Counted from the whole stretch's first letter, positions 20,503 to 33,426 are shown. The stretch: 63,135 nucleotides of DNA, filler included, from Sphingomonadaceae bacterium (GCA_050261575.1; 3 parts of 3 records of this genome joined end to end with filler, not necessarily neighbours in it); one strand, 5' to 3'. Notes: generated by a model not told the origin, from the sequence alone. A program made the numbers and translations.

Positions 20503-23500
20503 GTGATACCGTACACCGAAGGTGGAGCGCGATCGGGAGGCGACCACCTCTGGTACAAGGACGCGATCATCTACGAGCTGACCGTCAGGGGCTTCTACGA
20601 CAGCAACGGGGACGGGATCGGCGACTTCCCGGGTCTGACCCAGAAGCTGGACTACATCCAGGACCTAGGCGCGACGGCGATCTGGCTGCTGCCCTTCTAC
20701 CCGTCGCCGCTCAGGGACGATGGCTACGACATCGCCGACTACACGGGGGTGAACCCCATCTACGGCACCCTGCGCGACGTGAGGCTGTTCATCCGGGAGG
20801 CCCACAGACGGGGGCTGCGGATCATCACCGAGTTGGTGTGCAACCACACCTCGGATGCGCACCCCTGGTTCCAGAGGGCGAGGCGGGCCGGGCCCGGCAC
20901 CGCCAGCCGCAACTACTACGTGTGGAGCGAGGACCCAGACAGGTACAGAGAGGCGCGGATCATCTTCAAGGACTTCGAGAACTCCAACTGGTCCTGGGAC
21001 CCCGCGGCCGAGGCATACTACTGGCACCGCTTCTACTCACACCAGCCCGACCTGAACTACGACAGCCCGCAGGTCCGGAAGGCTATCTTCCGGGTGATGG
21101 ACTTCTGGCTCCAGATGGGTGTCGACGGGCTGAGGCTGGATGCCGTCCCCTACCTCTTCGAGCGGGAGGGCACCAACTGCGAGAACTTGCCCGAGACCCA
21201 CGCCTTCCTGAAGGAGCTTCGGCGCCACGTAGACGCCACCTTCAGGAACCGCATGCTGCTGGCCGAGGCTAACCAGTGGCCCGAGCAGGCGGTGGCCTAC
21301 TTCGGGGATGGCGACGAGTGCCACATGGCCTTCCATTTCCCGTTGATGCCCCGCATGTTCATGGCCATCCGCATGGAGGATCGATTTCCCATCGAGGACA
21401 TCATCGCGCAGACGCCCCCGATACCCGAGAACTGCCAGTGGGCCCTCTTCCTCCGCAACCACGACGAACTGACCCTCGAGATGGTCACCGACGAGGAGAG
21501 GGATTACATGTATCGGGTCTACGCCAGCGATCCGGTGGCCAGGATCAACCTGGGCATCCGCCGACGGCTCGCCCCCCTCCTCGGCAACAACCGAAGGCGG
21601 ATCGAGCTGATGAACGGCCTCCTCTTCTCCCTGCCGGGGACGCCCGTCGTATACTACGGGGACGAGATCGGCATGGGCGACAACATCTATCTGGGCGACC
21701 GCAACGGCGTGCGCACCCCGATGCAGTGGAGCGCCGACCGCAACGGCGGCTTCTCCCGGGCCAACCCGCAGCGGCTCTACCTGCCCGTCATTTCAGACCC
21801 CGAGTACAACTACGAGGCCATCCAGGCGGAGACTCAGCAGAACAACCCATCCTCGCTGCTCTGGTGGATGAAGAGGTTGATCGCACTGCGCAAACAGTAC
21901 AGGGCGTTCTCGCGGGGAAGCCTGCGCTTCCTCCATCCGGAGAATCGTAAGGTCCTGGCCTTCCTGCGCAGCTACCAGAGCGAGACGATCCTGGTGGTTG
22001 CCAACCTGTCCCGCCACGCCCAATACGTCCAGCTAGATCTGGGCGAATACCGAGGCATGGTGCCGGTAGAGACATTCGGGGGGGTCCCATTCCCCGCGAT
22101 TGGCGACGCCCCCTACTTCCTCACCCTCGGCTCGCACAGCTTCTACTGGTTCTCGCTGGAACCGGAAGAAGTGGCGCTGCAGGAGGTGAGGCCGATCGAG
22201 CCGAAGGCGAGGATCTCCACCCTGTCCGTGTCCGGATCCTGGCGTCAGCTTCTCCAGGAGAGGGGGGCCACGCCGCTGACGGAAGTCCTCCCCTCCTACC
22301 TCCAAGTCAGACGATGGTTCGGCGGAAAGGCGCGTCGTATCCAGCGAACCAGGATCCTCGACACCGTCCTCGTGCCCTTCGACGACACCGAGGCATACGT
22401 TACCCTGATCGAAGTGAGCTACGCCGAGGGCGACGCAGAGACCTACCAACTCTTCATCACCTTCTCGACCGGGGAGGAGGCCGAGAGGCTGCTGCAGGAG
22501 ATGCCCCACACCGTCGTGGCCAGGGTGAGGACGATGGCCGGCACGGAGGAGGGGGTGTTGCACGACGCACTGGTGATCCCCGGCTTCACCCTGGCGATGC
22601 TGCGGGCGATTCCCAGCCACCGTCGGTTGCGAGGAGCGGAGGGGAGCCTGGTGGGCACGCCGGTGCGCTCGTTCCGTGGGCTGCGCGAGATCGTGGCCGG
22701 CCCCCTGGAGCCGTCGCCCTTGAAGGTGGAACAGAGCAACAGTTCAGTGGCCTACAGCGATCGGTTGGTCATGAAGCTCTTCCGCAAGCTGGAACCAGGG
22801 GTGAATCCGGACCTGGAGATGGGGAGATTCCTCACAGATAGGGGCTTCCCCCACACCCCCCCGACGGCCGGCTCCATCGAGTACCGACGGGAGCAGCGTG
22901 AGCCGTTCACCGTCGCCATACTCCAGGGACACGTGCGCAACGAGGGCGACGCCTGGTCCTTCACCCTCGATAGTCTGGGCCGGTACTTCGAGACGGCGGT
23001 GGCGTCCGAGGTGGAGGCCCGGGAGGTAGCCGGGCTCGTCTCATCCCCGCTGTCGGCTGCCAGCCTGCTGGACCTGGCAACTGAGGAGACCCCAGACCTC
23101 GCTCTCGGCACCATTGGGGCGTATCTGGAGTCGGCGCACCTGATGGGCCGTCGCACCGCAGAGTTGCATCTGGCACTCGCCTCGGACCTCCAGAACCCAA
23201 GCTTCGCACCCGAGCCCTTCACCACCCTGTACCAGCGCTCCATCTACCAGTCCATGCGGGCGCTCGCCCGATCCGTCTTTCAGAGAGTGGCACGGGGCCT
23301 GGCCGGGCTGCCGGAGGAGGTGCAGGCCGACGCACGAGCGGTCCTGGATGCCGAGCCAGCGGTGATCAAGCGCTTCCGCTCGGTGATGGACCGCAAGATC
23401 ACCGCCGTGCGCACCCGTTGCCACGGCGACTACCACCTCGGACAGCTTCTCTACACCGGCAGCGACTTCGTCATCATCGACTTCGAGGGAGAGCCGGCCC

Positions 23501-23876
23501 GCCCCCTCAGTGAGAGGAGGATCAAGCGCTCTCCCATCCGCGACGTGGCAGGGATGCTCCGATCGTTCCACTACGCCTCACACGCGGCACTGCTAGGCCA
23601 GACCGAGAGGGTGGGGATTCGCCCCGAGGACGTGGCCCTATTGCGACCCTGGGCGCGCTACTGGCACCGGTGGGTCAGCGCCACCTTCCTCAAAGCATAC
23701 CTTCAGGCGGCGGAAGGCGCACCCTTCCTGCCGCGGGGCCGCGAGGAGCTGGAGGTGCTGCTGGACGTCTTCCTCCTGGAGAAGGTGGTTTACGAACTGG
23801 ACTACGAGGTGAACAACCGGCCCACCTGGGCTGCAATCCCGATCCAGGGGATCTTGCAACTGATGGAGGTCGAGGG

Positions 23877-23880
<4 letters not shown>
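20503..23880 (+). CDS. treS: Trehalose synthase fused to maltokinase (TreS-Pep2/Mak)
   Basis: [37 protein letters not shown]-terminal kinase with [39 protein letters not shown]. Confidence 0.95.
21652..21756 (+). repeat. 105-bp sequence exactly repeated in inverted orientation at 26183-26287
   Basis: Base-by-base comparison: TACTACGGGGACGAG...GGCGGCTTCTCC equals the reverse complement of 26183-26287. Confidence 0.9.
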
Positions 23881-25777
<1,897 letters not shown>

Positions 25778-25796
<19 letters not shown>

Positions 25797-27406
25797 AAGC
25801 CGTAAGGAGCGAGGATGAGACCGTAGGGCGCATCCCCTACCAGAGGCAGCGTGTTCTCCGACAGGAGATCCATCGGCGCACAGCCTGCAAACCGCCCCAG
25901 GGGCATCTCCACACGCTGGATCTGACCCGACAGGTTGAACACCGCGAGCAGAACCTGTCCCTTGTAGCTCCGCGTGAAGGCGAGAACCCTTCGATTATGC
26001 GTCCTCAGAAACTCGATCGATCCGCGACCGAAGGCCCTGTACCGGCACCGTACGCCGATCAGCTTCCTGACCCTCGACAACAGCGAATCGGGTGATCGCT
26101 CCTGGGCCTCGACGTTCACCGTCTTGTATCCGTGGGGAGGGTCCTCCACGGGCGGGATGTGCAGGTGTGCCGGATCGGCCGTGGAGAAGCCGCCGTTGCG
26201 GTCGGCGCTCCACTGCATCGGGGTGCGCACGCCGTTGCGGTCGCCCAGATAGATGTTGTCGCCCATGCCGATCTCGTCCCCGTAGTAGAGGATTGGGGTG
26301 CCGGGCATAGAGAGCAGGAGGGCATGCGCCAGCTCGATGCGCCCCAGATCGTTCCCCAGCAAGGGGGCGAGACGGCGCCTGATGCCACCGTTCAGCCGCA
26401 TCCGCGGGTCCGGTGCGTACGTCCGCAACAGGTAGTGCTGCTCTTCCTCCGACACCTTGGACAGAGTCAGCTCGTCGTGGTTGCGGAGGAACACCCCCCA
26501 CTGGCACTCGTCGGGGATCTGCGGAACCTCGCCGAGGATATCCTCTATGGGCTGTCCCTCCCCTCGTGCCAGCGCCATGAAGATCCTCGGCATCAACGGG
26601 AAATGGAAGGCCATATGGAACTCGTCGCACTCCCCGAAGTAGCTGCACAGGCTCGAGAGACGATGATTCGCCTCGGCCAGCAGTACCCGCCCCGGATACT
26701 CCTCGTCGATCATCCGGCGCAGCTCCTTCAGGAAGGCGTGGGTCTCGGGCAGCCCCTCGCAGTTGGTGCCGTCCCGCTCGAAGAGGTAGGGGACGGCATC
26801 GCAGCGGAAGCCGTCCACCCCCATGTCGAGCCAGTACCGCACGACCCCCTTCATCTCCTCCCGCAGCTCCGGATTATCGTAGTTGAGATCGGGCTGATGG
26901 AAGAAGAAGCGGTGCCAGTAGTACGCCTCGGCCGTGGGGTCCCAGGACCAGTTGGAGCGCTCCACGTCGTGGAAGATGATCCTCGCCTGCCCGTACCTGG
27001 CGGGATCGTCGCTCCAAACGTACCAGTCGCGCTTGGGGGAGTCAGGAGAGAGTCTGGCCTCCTGGAACCACCGGTGCTGATCGGAGGTATGGTTGAGGAC
27101 CAGGTCGGCGAGCACCCTGAAGCCCGCGCGATGCGCCGCGTCCAGGAAGTCCCGGAAGTCGTCGAGGCTGCCAAGGTCCGGGTTGATCCCGTAGTAGTCG
27201 GAGATGTCGTAGCCGCCGTCGCGCATGGGCGACGGATAGAAGGGCAGCAGCCACAAGGTGTCGACCCCGAGGCGGCGGAGATAGCCCAGCTTCTCCATCA
27301 GGCCCCGGAAATCGCCCACACCGTCCCCGTTGCTGTCGTAGAAGGCGTGGACGGGGATCTGGTAGATGATGGCGTCCTTGTACCAGAGGTCGTTGGAGAC
27401 AATCAT
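25778..27406 (-). CDS. Second, stand-alone TreS-like GH13 enzyme
   Basis: [44 protein letters not shown]; no kinase domain; 3' end overlaps glgB. Confidence 0.88.
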
Positions 27407-27799
27407 GATCCCTGGAACCCCGCATAGCTCTCCGTGCAGCGACCCACCGGGTGCGGCAGCAACGCAGCACCCCAGGAAGCCCTGGAGACGACTCCCAGGT
27501 CCAGAGCCGCGCTTCCCCGTCGCCCATCGGGCCTGATGCCGGCTAACCTATACCACATTATACCCTTCCAGCCTACATGTGTCGAGTGGTTCCTAGCGGG
27601 GCTCTCCTGCCAGATCTAAGCAGGCATCTCCAGTTCACGTCAGCTTCTCTGGCTGAAAACGTGTACTCCATCTAGAGATATCTACTTGGATGCCGCGTCC
27701 CAAGTTGCGGGGCACAGGCAACACGATCATAATGGCTTGGAGGCTAGCCATTGGGAATGAGGCCGGCGAGGACGGCCCATCTGAGCGTAGGAGGACTGC

Positions 27800-28921
27800 A
27801 TGGAGAAGGCGTTGGTGACCGGGGGAGCGGGATTCATCGGTTCCCACCTGGTGGACGCGCTAGTGGAGAGAGGGATGCGGGTCCGCATCCTGGACAGCCT
27901 GGAACCCCAGGTCCACGGCCTCGCTCGCGCACTCCCGACCTACCTGAACCCCAGGGCCGAACTGGTCCAGGGAGACGTGAGGGATCGAGAGTTGGTATGG
28001 TCGGCCCTGGAGGGGATGGATGTCGTCTTCCACCTTGCCGCGGCAGTGGGGGTCGGGCAGTCGATGTACGAAGTCGAGAGATACGTCTCCGTCAACACCC
28101 TCGGCACCGCGGTCCTGCTGGATCTCCTGGCCAATCGCCGCCCCGCGGTCCGCAAACTGATCCTGGCCTCCTCCATGTCCCTCTATGGCGAGGGCAGCCA
28201 TCGCTGCCCGGAGTGCGGCCCCGCGGAGCCGCTACCCCGCAGCGAGGCTCAGATGCGGGGCTCCCTCTGGGACCCCCTCTGCCCCCGCTGCCGGCGACCG
28301 ATGGTGGCGCTTCCCACTCCCGAGGAGAAGGCGCTCCAGCCCACGTCCATCTACGCCATATCCAAGAAGGACCAGGAGGAGATGAGCCTCTGCATCGGGC
28401 GGGCGTACGGCATCCCCACGGTGGCCCTGCGCTTCTTCAACGTGTACGGCCCCCGGCAGGCCCTGTCCAACCCCTATACCGGCGCTGCCGCGATCTTCTC
28501 CTCCAGGGCCCTGAACGGCAAGCCGCCGCTGGTGTACGAGGACGGACTCCAGACACGCGACTTCGTCCACGTCAGCGACATCGTCCAGGGTCTGCTGCTC
28601 GCCATGGATAGCGACGAAGCCGATTACGGGATCTTCAACGTGGGCACGGGCCGGGCGCTCTCGGTCCTGGAGATGGCCGAGATCATCTGCCGCGAGGTGG
28701 GTCCTGCGGGTCTCCGCCCTGAGGTGGTCGAGAAGTACCGGAAGGGGGACATCCGCCACTGCTACGCCGACATAACCAGGATCGGAGCACTCGGCTATAG
28801 GCCAAAGGTGACCTTCGAGCAGGGGCTGCGGGATCTGGTGGAATGGGTACGGCGGCAGCAAGCCGAGGATCGGGTGGAGGAAGCAGCCGCAGAGTTGGAG
28901 CGGCGCGGGCTGGTGAGCTAG
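27800..28921 (+). CDS. NAD-dependent epimerase/dehydratase (extended SDR)
   Basis: VTGGAGFIGSH, YAISK (YxxxK), LRFFNVYGP, RDFVHV; CxxC...CxxC insertion. Confidence 0.92.
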   Translation: MEKALVTGGAGFIGSHLVDALVERGMRVRILDSLEPQVHGLARALPTYLNPRAELVQGDVRDRELVWSALEGMDVVFHLAAAVGVGQSMYEVERYVSVNTLGTAVLLDLLANRRPAVRKLILASSMSLYGEGSHRCPECGPAEPLPRSEAQMRGSLWDPLCPRCRRPMVALPTPEEKALQPTSIYAISKKDQEEMSLCIGRAYGIPTVALRFFNVYGPRQALSNPYTGAAAIFSSRALNGKPPLVYEDGLQTRDFVHVSDIVQGLLLAMDSDEADYGIFNVGTGRALSVLEMAEIICREVGPAGLRPEVVEKYRKGDIRHCYADITRIGALGYRPKVTFEQGLRDLVEWVRRQQAEDRVEEAAAELERRGLVS

Positions 28922-28925
28922 ACCA

Positions 28926-29025
28926 NNNNNNNNNNNNNNNNNNNNNNNNNNNNNNNNNNNNNNNNNNNNTTAATTAATTAANNNNNNNNNNNNNNNNNNN
29001 NNNNNNNNNNNNNNNNNNNNNNNNN
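28926..29025. other. Artificial contig-joining spacer
   Basis: N44-TTAATTAATTAA-N44, stop codons in all six frames. Confidence 0.97.
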
Positions 29026-29109
29026 TTTTTACAATGTGACATAGCGGGGCGGGGGGCCCCGTGGGGTCACCGGGGGGGCCCCCCTCCCGGCAATCGGGGG
29101 AAGCCGGTC

Positions 29110-29997
29110 TCAGCCCAGCTGCCCCAATTCAGCCAGCATCCGCCGCACCTCTGCGGCCTGGTCCGGCTTCATGGGCTGGAGGGGCTTCCGCGCCCGGCCC
29201 ACTGGCCACCCCATCATCGCCATCGCCTCCTTGAGCGGGGCTGGATGGTTCGCCGTGTACCAGGACTGGATCATCGGGAGGAGCCGGTTCTGGGTTTCGC
29301 TTGCCCGCCTCGGGTCGCCTCCGACGGCGTCCCGATAGACCTGAACCAGGAGCTCGGGCACCAGATTCGCCGCGGCCAGCACGCCACCCGTCGCCCCCAT
29401 CAGCAGCGACTCCAGGAACATGTCGTCGTCGCCGTACAGCACGCAGAAGCCCTCGGGCGCATCCTGCGCCTTTCGGGCCATCAGGGCCAGATCGCGCGTG
29501 CAATCCTTCAGGCCGACGACGCCAGGGAGCCCATACAGCCTCCGCATGATCTCCGGAGTCAAGTCCAGACCCGTACGGCCGGGGTTGTTGTAGACGACCA
29601 CGGGGAGGCCGGCCCCCTCGGCCACCTCCGCGAAGAACTCCACCACGCCCTCGACGGACGGCCTGATGAAGTAGGGGGGAACGACCAGTGCGGCGTCCAC
29701 GCCGGCCTCCCTGTAGCGGCGGGCCAGCGCCACCGCCTGGGCCGTGTTGGGGTGGAAGTCGCCTGCCATCACCGGAACCCTTCCGGCGACCTGCTCGACT
29801 GCCACCGATGCGGTCCGCAACCGCTCGTCGTCCGTCAGATTGGTGAACTCCCCGCAGTTCCCGGCGATCAGGAAGCCGCTCACTCCCGCTTCGAGCTGTC
29901 TATCGATCAGACGACGCAACCGGGCCTCGTCCACGGCATCCCGATCGTCGAAAGGCGTCACCTGTGAGGTAATGACCCCCTGAAAACGGCATCGCAT
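29110..29997 (-). CDS. DapA/NAL family class I aldolase
   Basis: VTPFD, GNCGE (usually GTTGE), VVPPYF, YNNPGRTG, GLKDC Schiff-base Lys, NHPAPLKEA. ATG 29997 with GGAGGT RBS. Confidence 0.85.
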   Translation of the reverse strand: MRCRFQGVITSQVTPFDDRDAVDEARLRRLIDRQLEAGVSGFLIAGNCGEFTNLTDDERLRTASVAVEQVAGRVPVMAGDFHPNTAQAVALARRYREAGVDAALVVPPYFIRPSVEGVVEFFAEVAEGAGLPVVVYNNPGRTGLDLTPEIMRRLYGLPGVVGLKDCTRDLALMARKAQDAPEGFCVLYGDDDMFLESLLMGATGGVLAAANLVPELLVQVYRDAVGGDPRRASETQNRLLPMIQSWYTANHPAPLKEAMAMMGWPVGRARKPLQPMKPDQAAEVRRMLAELGQLG

Positions 29998-30273
29998 GGC
30001 AGTACCTCCTCTCGAGCAGTCCATCCGGCGGGTTCCCCGCACGCCGCGGCCGCCCCCTTTGCGCAGGCATCCTGATACCCACGATGCACGATGCCGCGCT
30101 GCGCATTCGGAGACCGCGGGCGGTCGTGCGGGCCGATCTGCTTGTCCGCCCAGCCCGGTGTGCGTGGCCAGGGCGCACACGTGGGTGCGCCGCTACCGAT
30201 GGGCCGACGTGCATCACCCGTTGATGGGCGCGGCCGCATTCGTCGGCCTCACTTGCCGAGTGCACCAACCGCT

Positions 30274-30480
30274 TCATCCACCGCCCACGAAGGTGACCAC
30301 CTCCAGGGCATCGCCCGACGCCAGCGTCGTGGTGTCGTACTCCTCCCGCCGGAGGATCCGCCTGTTCAGCTCTACGGCCACTCTGGCGGGGTTGACCCCT
30401 CTGGACTGGAGAAGGGAGGCGACGGTCGCCCCCTCCTCTACGCTCTCCGGCTTCCCGTTCAACGTTATCTGGTGGGGCAT
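30274..30480 (-). CDS. thiS: Thiamine biosynthesis sulfur carrier
   Basis: ITLNG, VAVELN, LEVVTFVGGG C-terminus. Confidence 0.93.
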   Translation of the reverse strand: MPHQITLNGKPESVEEGATVASLLQSRGVNPARVAVELNRRILRREEYDTTTLASGDALEVVTFVGGG

Positions 30481-30511
30481 TTCGCGACCTCTCTAACAGC
30501 GCTTAACAGGG

Positions 30512-30594
30512 CCGATCCACAGATGCGCACCGATGCTCGCAGATACCGATCTGAAGAGACCCATCTGCGTCGATCCGCGACATCTGCGGATCCG
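30512..30594. repeat. Palindromic CAGAT-unit repeat, copy 1
   Basis: Three CAGAT-type units followed by three inverted ATCTG-type units; one arm is 32/34 identical (reverse complement) to 57215-57248. Confidence 0.8.
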
Positions 30595-30617
30595 TTGCGG
30601 TTTTCCGAGCCAGCAGC

Positions 30618-31391
30618 CTACCGCACCACGCCCTCGAGGGGGCTGCTCGCGGAGGCGTACGCCTTCTTCGGGATTCTCCCGGCCAGGTACGCCTTGCGTC
30701 CGGCCTCAACACCCGCCCGCATCGCCTCGGCCATTAGGGCCGGGTTCTGAGCCAGGGCCACGGCGGTGTTGATCAGGCACGCCGATGCGCCCAGTTCCAT
30801 GGCCAGGGCGGCATCGGAGGGCGCTCCGATCCCCGCGTCGACCACGACCGGCACCTTCGCCTGCTCGATGATGATCTTGATCTGCTCGAAGTTCACCAAC
30901 CCCTGTCCCGAGCCAATGGGCGAGGCGAGAGGCATCACCGTCGCGCAGCCGACCTCCTCCAGCCGCTTGGCGAGGACGGGGTCGTCGTTGATGTATGGGA
31001 GCACCACGAAGCCTTCGTCCACGAGCCGCTTGGCGGCCTCTAGGGTGCCGATGGGATCTGGCAGGAGGTACTTCGGATCTGGGATCACCTCGAGCTTCAC
31101 CCAGTTGGAGAGCCCCATGGCCCTCGCCAGGTGGGCCACACGCACCGCCTCATCCGCCGTCTGGCACCCGGCGGTGTTGGGCAGAATGGTGTACCTGCTC
31201 CAGTCGATCTCGTCCAGCAGGGTCTTCTTCTTGGGATCGCTGAGATCCAGTCTTCGCAGGGCTACGGTGATGACCTCGGCCTGGGCCGCCTCGAAGGCTG
31301 CGCGCATCTCCTCGTTGCTGCGATACTTTCCCGTACCCAGGAACAGCCTGGACCGCAGCTCCTTGCCGGCGATTACCAGCCTATCGTCCAT
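30618..31391 (-). CDS. thiG: Thiazole synthase
   Basis: [55 protein letters not shown] 31391. Confidence 0.96.
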   Translation of the reverse strand: MDDRLVIAGKELRSRLFLGTGKYRSNEEMRAAFEAAQAEVITVALRRLDLSDPKKKTLLDEIDWSRYTILPNTAGCQTADEAVRVAHLARAMGLSNWVKLEVIPDPKYLLPDPIGTLEAAKRLVDEGFVVLPYINDDPVLAKRLEEVGCATVMPLASPIGSGQGLVNFEQIKIIIEQAKVPVVVDAGIGAPSDAALAMELGASACLINTAVALAQNPALMAEAMRAGVEAGRKAYLAGRIPKKAYASASSPLEGVVR

Positions 31392-31502
31392 GTCCACCTC
31401 CTCAATGTGCCTGATGGGCGGGGAACCTGGGTTGTCCCCAGCCCAGGCGGTCGTCAGAGTCACGGCGCGTGAGGGTTGCCGGCGCCGAGATAGCCGCAAC
31501 TG

Positions 31503-32141
31503 CTATCCGTCGGCGTCCAACGACCGCAGCAGTTCCCGCGTAGCCACGGCCACGTCCTCCGCCGACTGGATGGCGGTGATGACCGCCACACCGTCGGCGC
31601 CGGCCCGCATTACCGAGCGGGCGTTGCGCGCATCGATCCCCCCGATGGCGATGACGGGGATCCGCACGGCCGCGGACACCTCGCCCACCAGGCCCAGTCC
31701 GGCGGGCACCCACCCCGGATGGGATCGGGTCTCGAAGATGGTCCCCAGCACCAGGTAATCGGCTCCCTCCGCCTCGGCCAAGAGCGCATCGCCGAGGGAG
31801 TGGACGGAGCAGCCCACGAGCATAGAGTCTCCCACGAGGCGGCGCGCATCCCTCACCGGCAGGCTGCCCCCGCCCAGGTGAACCCCGTCGGCCCCGAGCG
31901 CCATCGCTACGTCGATCCGGTCGTTCACCACCAGGGCCGCCCCGTGGCGCCGCACGGGAACCAAGAGAGCCTCACCCATCTCGCGCAACTGTCGGGCGGG
32001 CAACCCCCTCTCCCGCAACTGCACCAGCCCGACCCCGGCCTCCAAGGCCGAGGCTACCACCGATTCCAGGGGCCGCCCCTGGCAGGCCTCGCGGTCGGTG
32101 ACGAGGCAAAGGATAGGAAGGTGCAGCCGTCGACGATTCAC
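31503..32141 (-). CDS. thiE: Thiamine-phosphate synthase
   Basis: VQLRE, VNDRIDVA, DGVHLG, GCSVHS, IFETRSH, PVIAIGGI. Confidence 0.9.
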   Translation of the reverse strand: MNRRRLHLPILCLVTDREACQGRPLESVVASALEAGVGLVQLRERGLPARQLREMGEALLVPVRRHGAALVVNDRIDVAMALGADGVHLGGGSLPVRDARRLVGDSMLVGCSVHSLGDALLAEAEGADYLVLGTIFETRSHPGWVPAGLGLVGEVSAAVRIPVIAIGGIDARNARSVMRAGADGVAVITAIQSAEDVAVATRELLRSLDADG

Positions 32142-32165
32142 CCGCTATCACCCCGTGAACACGCC

Positions 32166-32254
32166 ATCACCCCGCGAACGTGCCCGCGGGCACGTTCACA
32201 CCGCTCCCAGGGGGAGAGGGTGGAAGCTACCGCCTCTCCCAGGGAGCGGGAGAC
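32166..32254. repeat. Palindromic repeat related to the element at 58465-58652
   Basis: GAACGTGCCC-gc-GGGCACGTTC followed by CTCCCAGGGGGAGAGGG. Confidence 0.7.
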
Positions 32255-32311
32255 AACAGAAGTGGCCGCCCTGCTAGAGGGACGGCCACAGGCACGCTTC
32301 GACGCTTGCGC

Positions 32312-32396
32312 TCCGCTTCCCTACGCTGGCACTACCCAGTTCAGGTTCACAGGGTTGGCGGCGAGGCCGCCTCTCAGCAAGTACGCTCCCCTAGCA
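32312..32396 (-). ncRNA. TPP riboswitch
   Basis: Minus strand CTAGGGGAGC...GCTGAGAG...CCCTGTGAACCTGAACTGGGTAGTGCCAGCGTAGGGAAG matches the TPP aptamer; upstream of thiE-thiG-thiS. Confidence 0.93.
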
Positions 32397-32425
32397 GACG
32401 CCCTATTCGACTTTCGCGAGAGGTC

Positions 32426-32454
32426 ATGGTAGCACGAAGAGAAAGGAAAAGCAA
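32426..32454 (-). promoter_or_regulatory. Sigma70-type promoter of the thi operon
   Basis: TTGCTT-N17-TACCAT with extended -10 TG on the minus strand. Confidence 0.6.
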
Positions 32455-32457
32455 TGC

Positions 32458-32518
32458 TTGACAAGGGGCGGGGGCCGCCCTATATTGTATCGCGAAACTT
32501 GGTTTCACCATCTGGAAG
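32458..32518 (+). promoter_or_regulatory. Sigma70 promoter of the iclR operon with downstream palindromes
   Basis: TTGACA(32458)-N17-TATATT(32481), then GAAAC-ttg-GTTTC and TTTCA-N5-TGGAA. Confidence 0.7.
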
Positions 32519-32571
32519 CAATCCCCTCTCTTATAGGTGCCTACGACCAGATCTGCTGACGAGGTTGTCAG

Positions 32572-33426
32572 GTGGCAGGCGCTTCTCGCAGAAAAGTCAA
32601 CGAGGACACTTCCTCGAAGACGACCGTCCAATCCGTTGAACGCACCCTCGACATTCTCGAAGCCCTGGCCGCTATGGGTGAGGCAGGCATCGCCCAGCTC
32701 AGCAATCGGGTGGGCCTGCACGCGAGCACCGTCCATCGGTTGCTGGCCACCCTGATCGCACGAGGGTACGTCCGACAGAACCCGGAGTCGGGGCGCTATC
32801 TCCTCGGGCTGAAGCCTCTGGACGTGGCGAGGGCGGTGAGAGCTCATCTCGATCTGCGGATGGAGGCTCTGCCCATCCTGCAGGACCTGATGAAACAGTC
32901 CGGTGAGACGGCCAACTTGGCCGTGCTGGACGATCACCAGATCGTCTATCTGGAGCAGGTATCGAGCCCTGGGTGGATGCTTCGCATGTTCGTTCAGGTA
33001 GGGGCCCGGGCCCCCCTGCACAGCACCGCCTCCGGCAAAGTCCTCCTTGCAGCCCTACCCCCACAAGAGCTGGATGAGCTTCTCCGCTCCTATCCCCTCA
33101 CCCCCTACGCGAGTCGCACCATCGTGGACGCCAGCATCCTGATGGATGAACTGCAGGAGGTGCGCCGGCAGGGTTACGCGACCGACTACGGGGAGCAGGA
33201 GGAGGGGGTGAGCTGCATCGCGGCGCCGGTCCGCGACCACAACGGTCGGGTGGTCGCGGCCATCAGCATCTCCGGCCCCTGGATCCGCATAACACCGGAG
33301 AGGGTGCGGTCGCTGGTCCCGCTGGTTAAGGAGGCCTGCGCTCGCCTTTCGGCGGCGTTGGGATACAAGCCGACCATCAGCCCGGCGATTGACGCAGTAG
33401 TTTTCACACAAGGAGGTGGCGCATGA
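32572..33426 (+). CDS. IclR family transcriptional regulator
   Basis: VQSVERTLDILE, HTH STVHRLLATL, GETANLAV, PLHSTASGK, CIAAPV, AISISGP. Confidence 0.95.
   Translation: MAGASRRKVNEDTSSKTTVQSVERTLDILEALAAMGEAGIAQLSNRVGLHASTVHRLLATLIARGYVRQNPESGRYLLGLKPLDVARAVRAHLDLRMEALPILQDLMKQSGETANLAVLDDHQIVYLEQVSSPGWMLRMFVQVGARAPLHSTASGKVLLAALPPQELDELLRSYPLTPYASRTIVDASILMDELQEVRRQGYATDYGEQEEGVSCIAAPVRDHNGRVVAAISISGPWIRITPERVRSLVPLVKEACARLSAALGYKPTISPAIDAVVFTQGGGA

Noticed and set aside
27800..28921. Epimerase with a CxxC...CxxC insertion as a novelty
   Set aside because: Appears to be an ordinary extended-SDR subfamily, and its downstream context is lost at the contig end.
28926..29025. TTAATTAATTAA inside N-runs, repeated at 59706-59805
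   Set aside because: Identical synthetic six-frame-stop linker used to join contigs; not biological, and gene adjacency across it is not evidence.
30512..30594. CRISPR array
   Set aside because: Short inverted units with no unique spacers and no cas genes.
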